In this document: positions 58,004 to 64,000 of the stretch, in pieces
Position numbering within the stretch: the first letter of the stretch is position 1
Layout: the number at the start of each line of letters is the position of its first letter
Assembly (NCBI GenBank): GCA_965226795.1
Contig: CBDDDZ010000003.1
Coordinates: 64,001-128,000, forward strand
Direction: 5' to 3'
Length of the DNA: 64,000 bases
Source of the DNA: Candidatus Latescibacterota bacterium
GTDB taxonomy: Bacteria; Latescibacterota; UBA2968; GCA-2709665
Position numbers and translations under genes: made by a program
Notes under the pieces: model-generated
What the model was told of the DNA's origin: nothing
Database searches by the model: none
What the model saw: the letters and a program-made list of their open reading frames with translations, nothing else

Positions 58004-60136
58004 ATGCGTTCCTCGACTTGGATAACGGGAATATTGTGTGGTCTGTCGTCAGTCAGCCATGCTTCGCCCACGCAAATCGCCACCTTTGTGCACAGTAATG
58101 AGGGACGGACTCAAGCGGTTCGCGGTGTCGCGTTTTCTCGGGACGGCACGACCGTCGCTTCAGCCGGAAATGATAGTACAGTCAAGCTCTGGAACGTGGC
58201 GACACGAACAATTATTCGCACCTTGGAACACGAAAGTCGGGTCGAGGCTGTCGCGTTTTCACCCAATGGAAACCTCCTTGCTTCACACTCTTACGATGTG
58301 AATTTATGGGATTTTGCTACTGGGCGGAAAATTGCTACACTTTTCAAAACCTATGGTGGAGGGCCTGTTGCGTTTTCGCCGGACGGCACGATTCTCGTAG
58401 CAGGGTCACCGGACAACAGGGTAAGGCTGTGGGAGGTATCAACACACCGAGAAATCGCCACGTTCGTTCATGGCGAGATCGGTCCTTCTCTTCACACTGT
58501 GGCATTTTCGCCTACCACACAGGTTCTTGCCTCTGGATCCCAAGATGGAACAATCAAACTCTGGGATGTTTCAACAAAGGGTTATATCGCCACCCTTGAA
58601 GCGCATTCTGGTTCGGTTTTTTCCGTGGCTTTTTCGCCAGACGGTAATACACTGGCTTCCGCCGGCATAAAGCGCGATTCCACAGGCGATTGGGATAGCA
58701 CAGTTAAGTTGTGGGATGTTGAAAAAAGAGAAACAATCGCCACACTCGACGCACATTCGGGTTGGATCCGCACATTGGCGTTTTCGCCCCACGGCACTGT
58801 ACTTGCATCAGGATCCTACGACAACACCGTTAGGCTGTGGGATGTTGAGACAAGGCATAATTTTGCCACTCTTGGTACGGAAAATACCACGTCATTGGGA
58901 GGCCACTTGGGACGAGTCCATGCAGTGGCCTTTTCGCCTAGCGGTGACACTCTTGCTTCGGGTGTCACCGTTGGAGGTGGTCCCTATTCTTCAGAATCCG
59001 GCCCTCCTCCACAGCGAGGAGAAATCCATCTTTGGGACATTTCGATCGAGACGCCCACAATTCCACCGTCTTCCGGTTCTAACTCCGACGCTGTATTGTC
59101 ACTCGACCTGATTCCGAATGGCGGCGCGGGCAATCAGGTGAATGACGGCGTTACGTCAGGAACTGTTTCCGGTAAGGACACGAAGATCGCCGTTGAAGTT
59201 TTCGCGTCTGGTGTGAAGACTTCGCTGGCCGGCCTGCTGGTCAAATTCGACTTCGATTCTTCCGTTCTGGCCTTTGTCAAAGCTGAAAGTGGCGCGTTTG
59301 GCTTTAACATTCCTCAAGCCACCGGCACATACTTTGCGGCCACCAACAATGTCGTTTTGCCGGCTTCAGGGTTCCTTACGCGGGGAGAGTTCAAATCCCT
59401 GGTTGATGTAACCGATCGACCGTTTTCCATAGGCATTGACGTCGTGACGCTCGCCGAAAGCCAGACTGTATCAAACGACATCAGAACCACGAAAGTCATT
59501 TCGTTCAATTCTACTCCACCCCCCGCCACCTTCTCGGTCTCCCTGGATGCCAATAATGCCGCTGGCGATCAGGGCGTCACATTGCTCGATGTTGGCTCCG
59601 GATCGGTTGTCCCGATACAGCTCTTTGGCAACGAAATCCTGGGTGTAAACGGCGTTTCCGCCCGGTTTGAATTCGATGCGGCTCAGGTCGGTTATGACGG
59701 GTTCGATCCGGGGAACCTGTTGCCGAATGTGCAGCTACTCGCGGTGCCTGCCACCAATCCAACCGCCATCGACATCAGTGTCGTGTCTTTTGGCGGGCAG
59801 GCTGCGGTCGATAGTGGAATGGTGGGAACCATACGTTTCCGCACGACTGACGCATTTTCGGGTACGACACTCCGGATGGTGAGCGCTGAGATCGGCAGGG
59901 GCGACCAACGTGAGAAACTTACGCTATCCGATACCGGCGTCATGCTAAGGCTGGCTCAGCTGACGCCGGACTTCAATGGAGACGGCAAGGTCGATTTTGG
60001 CGACTTTGTCGCATTCGGAATGCACTTCGGCGCAAGCCGGGGCGACGCGAGGTACGAAGCGAAGTACGATTTGGATGAAGATGGCGCGATCGGATTCGGC
60101 GATTTCCTGATTTTCGGCCGCGAGTTCGGTACATAA
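58004..60136 (+). CDS. Secreted WD40 beta-propeller protein with two cohesin-like domains and a dockerin-like tail
   Basis: Signal-peptide-like MRSSTWITGILCGLSSVSHA, seven WD40 repeats, Pro/Ser linker, DFNGDGKVDFGDF tail; RBS GGGAG. Confidence 0.88.
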   Translation: MRSSTWITGILCGLSSVSHASPTQIATFVHSNEGRTQAVRGVAFSRDGTTVASAGNDSTVKLWNVATRTIIRTLEHESRVEAVAFSPNGNLLASHSYDVNLWDFATGRKIATLFKTYGGGPVAFSPDGTILVAGSPDNRVRLWEVSTHREIATFVHGEIGPSLHTVAFSPTTQVLASGSQDGTIKLWDVSTKGYIATLEAHSGSVFSVAFSPDGNTLASAGIKRDSTGDWDSTVKLWDVEKRETIATLDAHSGWIRTLAFSPHGTVLASGSYDNTVRLWDVETRHNFATLGTENTTSLGGHLGRVHAVAFSPSGDTLASGVTVGGGPYSSESGPPPQRGEIHLWDISIETPTIPPSSGSNSDAVLSLDLIPNGGAGNQVNDGVTSGTVSGKDTKIAVEVFASGVKTSLAGLLVKFDFDSSVLAFVKAESGAFGFNIPQATGTYFAATNNVVLPASGFLTRGEFKSLVDVTDRPFSIGIDVVTLAESQTVSNDIRTTKVISFNSTPPPATFSVSLDANNAAGDQGVTLLDVGSGSVVPIQLFGNEILGVNGVSARFEFDAAQVGYDGFDPGNLLPNVQLLAVPATNPTAIDISVVSFGGQAAVDSGMVGTIRFRTTDAFSGTTLRMVSAEIGRGDQREKLTLSDTGVMLRLAQLTPDFNGDGKVDFGDFVAFGMHFGASRGDARYEAKYDLDEDGAIGFGDFLIFGREFGT
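59525..60136 (+). repeat. Shared 612-bp C-terminal coding module, copy 2
   Basis: Collinear with 53597-54208. Confidence 0.9.
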
Positions 60137-60562
60137 CGTCGAATTCCTGCGGAAACTGGCTGTCAACATTTCAAAAGCAGGTATGTGGAGGCAGCCGCCT
60201 TGATTCGTGGAAGACACTGAGGTCTGCGAGCGGAACCACACGCTCTTCTCTGGATGTTGTGAGAAGCAAGAACAGCAGCGGCATCCCATTTTTGGAAACG
60301 AGGGCGATCCAAGGATCGCCCTCGTTCACTTTTAGGGTTACCAGAACGCGGTCTCTCACACGGCAACTTACAACCGCGCAGTGGTGGAGTGGGGGCTGTT
60401 GTTCGCGGCATGAGACGCGCCGCTCACCATCAAGTTCGAATGCCAACATCAGGCGTCCCCTGTTGTCCCAATAAACCACCGGAACAACCGGTCACCGCTA
60501 CGCGGGTGGAACTGGATTCTCCGCGCCTTAACGTACAGCAACATCAAATTACTGGGATTCTT

Positions 60563-60825
60563 CCCTCGCGCGACCGGTGGCGGAGATGGGGGTTTTTCCG
60601 CGTTAATCCGTCCAGCACCACAGTATCGGCTTATCTGACGAACCCGTAGGGCACCCAACCTCCGTTACTGCCCCTGAGGCGATTCGTGGAAAAACCGGCC
60701 CCGCGCCGAGCGGCGCGGTTCTTTTTGGTCCTTTTTCTTACGCGAATAAGAAAAAGGACGAAGAAGAAAAGAGGTTGAAGTAAAGGGTAAGGCCTGTGCC
60801 CGCCCGGAACGCAGTTCCAAAAAAA
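60563..60825 (+). repeat. Dispersed structured intergenic element, copy 3 (lacks the 33-bp insert)
   Basis: Reverse complement aligns with copies 1 and 2, e.g. ggtgctggacggattaac and tgggtgcccta shared with copy 1. Confidence 0.85.
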
Positions 60826-60964
60826 CAGGAAGAGGAAAGACGAGAGACGCTAGAAGGCCCCCCAACCTCCGCCGGACATCGATACGGCCTGACGAGATCA
60901 ATTCGCGAACGTCTGGTTCTTGCAGGGGCGCTTCGCGCTGCCGCCTTGATTCCTGACAACAGAA

Positions 60965-62935
60965 TCAAACCGCTTCCGTTACCGCCCCGCGCATCTTCAG
61001 GATATACTTCGCCCGATCCAGCGGCGATATCCCTTTGTAGGGCCGCACGACTCCCTCGCCCGGCGGGCAGGGCTCATATCCGCCGTACTTGAAGGAGAAC
61101 TTCGCCGTTCCGCCTGTCAACGAGTTCAGCCGGATCGGATAGTCCATCGAAGTCGCCAGGGGTAATCGTCCGGTAACCGATAACGCACCTCCGTCAGCCT
61201 CCACCGGATCGAAGGTACCGCGCGCATTTATGATATCCGACGTGATCTTTCCAATGCAGGTCTCGGGTACCGAGATTTTAAACGCCAGAATCGGTTCGAG
61301 CAGAATCGACCCGGTCTCGGTCAGCCCTTTCAACACGGCGATATTCGTTGCCAGTCTGAAATTGCCCGCTCGGCTGTGCAACACGTGATCGCTGCCCTCC
61401 ACCAGGGTGATCTTCAGATCCGTGACTTCCCATCCCTTGATTCCCTGCTTGAGCGCGTCCTCGATCGATCTTTCGATCTCCTTCTGATATCGCGCCTTGA
61501 TGTCGTTGACGCCGACCTGTGACGAATAAACAACACCGCTTCCCGGCTCACCCGGTTCCATCCGATACTTCACGATGGCCCAACACGGCTTCGGCATCGT
61601 GTAGCGCTCAATGCCGTGTCCGACCGAAGCAGGTGTTTCCTTGTAAATGACCAACGGGTCATTGAACCGCGCTTTGATGCCAAAGCGCGCATCGAGCATC
61701 TCCTTCAGAATCTCCGCCTGAATTGCGCCCATGATCTTCACATGCAGTTCGCGTTCATCCTCGAACCACGTGAAGTTGAGGTGTGGGTCTTCGCTCGACA
61801 ACTGCTGCAGCGCCACGGCCAGTCGAGAGCGATCCGCCTCGTCTTCCGGGACAGCCTGTACCGACAACAGGGGCTCTCCGAGCTCGTAGGACCCGGGGAT
61901 GGGGCCCGGGTCGCCCAGGATGTCGCCGATCTTCGCCTCCGGCATCCCGCAGAAGAAACCGATGTCGCCGGCGGAGAGGACGCCTGTGTCCTCATATCGA
62001 TTGAGAAAGGATTTCTTGATCTGCGTAATCTTCTCGTCGCGATCAGCCGTGACATTCCGGATGATATCTCTGTTCCGGAGCCGTCCCGCATAGAGACGAA
62101 CGCCGGCGATCCGCCCAAGTTTCGGATCGTGGTCGAGCTTGAAAACCACACCGGAGGCCGGACGTGAGTCGTCGGCATTCGCATCGGGGAAATAGGCCAC
62201 GATCTTCCCCAGCAGTTCCTCCGTTCCGATCATGTTCTTCGCCACGCCACAGAGTATGGGAAACAGCTCTCTCTTTGCCGTACAAGCCGCGATCACCTTC
62301 TCGATCTCTGCTCGTGAAATCGGCTCCTCGTTCAGGAATCGCTCCAGGTGCACGTCGTCCTTCGCGGCTACGCTCTCTGTCAGGGAGGCCAGACCGTCCG
62401 GGTCAAGATCGACGATTCCCGCGTCCGATTCGCCTTCCCTCTCCGGCTGATTGACCGGAATCGCGTCGGGTGAAAATCGGCGCTTCAGATCATCGACGAC
62501 CCTGGCCGTATCCGCGCCCATCCGATCCAGCTTGTTCACGAACAGGATGACGGGTATGCTCAGCGCTTCCAGCGCGGCCCAGATCGATTCCGTCTGAGCC
62601 TGGATGCCTTCGACCGCGGAAAGAACGAGCACGGCGCAGTCGAGCACACGCAGAGATCGCTCGACCTCGGCGGAAAAATCGACGTGCCCCGGCGTGTCGA
62701 TCAGGTTGATCCTCACGCCCTCCCACTCGAATGACAGCGCCGATGCTCGAACCGAGATCCCTCGCCGCCTCTCCACATCGAGCGCATCGGAAAGGCTTGT
62801 CCCTTTGTCGACATTTCCAGGCGAGCGGATGGCACCGCTGAGGAACAGCATATTCTCAGTCACGGTCGTCTTGCCGGCATCGACGTGCGCGAGGATACCA
62901 AGATTGCGAATTCTTGAGGAATCTTCAGGAGGCAC
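60965..62935 (-). CDS. TetM/TetO/TetB(P)-like translational GTPase (ribosomal protection protein family)
   Basis: NLGILAHVDAGKTT, ERRRGIS, DTPGHVDF, NKLDR, QGIKGWEVTDLKITL and ILLEP; start uncertain (62935-62995). Confidence 0.85.
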   Translation of the reverse strand: MPPEDSSRIRNLGILAHVDAGKTTVTENMLFLSGAIRSPGNVDKGTSLSDALDVERRRGISVRASALSFEWEGVRINLIDTPGHVDFSAEVERSLRVLDCAVLVLSAVEGIQAQTESIWAALEALSIPVILFVNKLDRMGADTARVVDDLKRRFSPDAIPVNQPEREGESDAGIVDLDPDGLASLTESVAAKDDVHLERFLNEEPISRAEIEKVIAACTAKRELFPILCGVAKNMIGTEELLGKIVAYFPDANADDSRPASGVVFKLDHDPKLGRIAGVRLYAGRLRNRDIIRNVTADRDEKITQIKKSFLNRYEDTGVLSAGDIGFFCGMPEAKIGDILGDPGPIPGSYELGEPLLSVQAVPEDEADRSRLAVALQQLSSEDPHLNFTWFEDERELHVKIMGAIQAEILKEMLDARFGIKARFNDPLVIYKETPASVGHGIERYTMPKPCWAIVKYRMEPGEPGSGVVYSSQVGVNDIKARYQKEIERSIEDALKQGIKGWEVTDLKITLVEGSDHVLHSRAGNFRLATNIAVLKGLTETGSILLEPILAFKISVPETCIGKITSDIINARGTFDPVEADGGALSVTGRLPLATSMDYPIRLNSLTGGTAKFSFKYGGYEPCPPGEGVVRPYKGISPLDRAKYILKMRGAVTEAV

Positions 62936-63039
62936 AGGATTGTCGTTCAATAGGTCGGTGGCGGAACGGCACACAGGCGACGTGCGCGGATACACACCTC
63001 ATGATAAAGAAAAGCCGTCACGCCGGCGAGGAGGAAATG

Positions 63040-63104
63040 GGACGAAGAAAGATCAAAATGTGAAGGGAGAGGTGCTGCCTGTGTCCGCCCGGAACGCAGT
63101 TCCA
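63040..63104 (+). repeat. Dispersed structured element, copy 4 (3' fragment)
   Basis: gcctgtgtccgcccggaacgcagttcca (63077-63104) matches 60792-60819 at 27/28, with degenerate similarity upstream. Confidence 0.75.
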
Positions 63105-63270
63105 TGCGGAAATTGTCCGCTGCCACTGCCCGTATCCGGCTTCTTCCCTGTAATCCTTGCCTCGATCCATGCATTTTCTTAAAATAACAACCCCGCGCGT
63201 TTCGAATAGGAAGGTTGAAGGCGCACTATTTCCGTTCGATCTATGCCTTTTCTGATGACAGGAGAATGCA

Positions 63271-64000
63271 ATGCAGACCGATTACGCGTTTGAGATGGGG
63301 ACTTCGAATTTGCGGTTCGGACCTGGAGCGACACGGGAAGTGGGAATGGATCTGTCCGAGTTGGGCGCGAGGCGTGTGATGCTGGTTACGGATCCCAATC
63401 TGGTGGACCTGCCCCCGGTGCGGACCGTGGTCGAGTCCCTCGCAAGCGAGCGGGTCGAATACGCGCTTTTCGACCGGGTCAGGGTAGAGCCGACAGACGT
63501 GTCTTTCCAGGAAGCGATTGATTTTGCTTTGGTTGGAAATTTCGATGCGTTTGTCGCGGTGGGCGGGGGTTCCTCAATCGATACGGCAAAAGCCGCGAAT
63601 CTCTATTCTACCTATCCCGATGATTTCTACGCGTACGTGAACGCGCCGATCGGGAGCGGAAAGCCGGTGCCCGGGACGCTCAAGCCGCTGATCGCGATTC
63701 CGACGACCGCGGGAACGGGCAGCGAGACCACGGGAGTCACGATATTCGATATCTCCGAAAAACACGTGAAAACCGGCATTGCGCACCGTCGCCTGAAACC
63801 GGCGCTGGGCATCGTGGATCCGGAAAATACGCGAACGATGCCGCCGGTTGTGGCCGCGTCTTCCGGCCTGGATGTGCTCTGCCACGCCCTGGAGTCCTAT
63901 ACGGCGATTCCGTACGACCAGCGGCCCTTGCCCGAACGGCCGATCCTGCGGCCGGCCTACCAGGGCACCAATCCGATCAGCGATATGTGGGCGGTCAGAG
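63271..64000 (+). CDS. Hydroxyacid-oxoacid transhydrogenase (iron-containing ADH family), 3'-partial
   Basis: Not in the ORF track because no stop falls in the window. MQTDYAFEM..., GGGSSIDTAK, YVNAPIG, PTTAGTGSETT, DVLCHALESYT, RPAYQG; RBS AGGAG. Confidence 0.9.
   Translation, partial: MQTDYAFEMGTSNLRFGPGATREVGMDLSELGARRVMLVTDPNLVDLPPVRTVVESLASERVEYALFDRVRVEPTDVSFQEAIDFALVGNFDAFVAVGGGSSIDTAKAANLYSTYPDDFYAYVNAPIGSGKPVPGTLKPLIAIPTTAGTGSETTGVTIFDISEKHVKTGIAHRRLKPALGIVDPENTRTMPPVVAASSGLDVLCHALESYTAIPYDQRPLPERPILRPAYQGTNPISDMWAVR

Noticed and set aside
53597..60136. Diversity-generating retroelement template/variable pair
   Set aside because: Differences are not adenine-specific, both copies are coding, and no reverse transcriptase is in the window. 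The same applies to the 81-bp DHDPS duplicate.
60163..60540. Short ORFs on both strands after the second WD40 gene
   Set aside because: No convincing start, motif or codon pattern.

Overview
GC-rich bacterial window; the gene types suggest a Latescibacterota/Gemmatimonadota-like, possibly sponge-associated organism, but this is inference only. (1) 1-25 kb is a carbohydrate-catabolic region: four heparinase II/III-like lyases, three paralogous GHL10-like TIM-barrel proteins, two Gfo/Idh/MocA oxidoreductases, and enolase-, DHDPS-, xylose-isomerase-, HD-, acetamidase- and amidohydrolase-family genes. It also holds a ~0.9 kb inserted redoxin islet that left a duplicated gene 3' end. (2) A radical SAM homologue of the archaeal tetraether lipid synthase (Tes/GDGT-MAS) follows. 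(3) A housekeeping block: tig-clpP-clpX-engB-aminotransferase-serA, purA, moaA, sulfite/nitrite reductase, ferredoxin, gltB. (4) 48-60 kb is an accessory island of beta-propeller proteins with a shared dockerin-like tail (two also cohesin-like), two inverted IS1380-family copies bracketing a 5'-truncated WD40 gene, and a nuclease-like orphan. (5) A TetM/EF-G-like GTPase and a partial hydroxyacid-oxoacid transhydrogenase close the window. The most unusual signal is non-coding: a dispersed ~240-300 nt element (3 long copies and 1 fragment) with compensatory base changes that predict an H-type pseudoknot with a long pyrimidine-motif triple helix. No tRNA, rRNA or CRISPR array was seen. All alignments and counts were done by eye.
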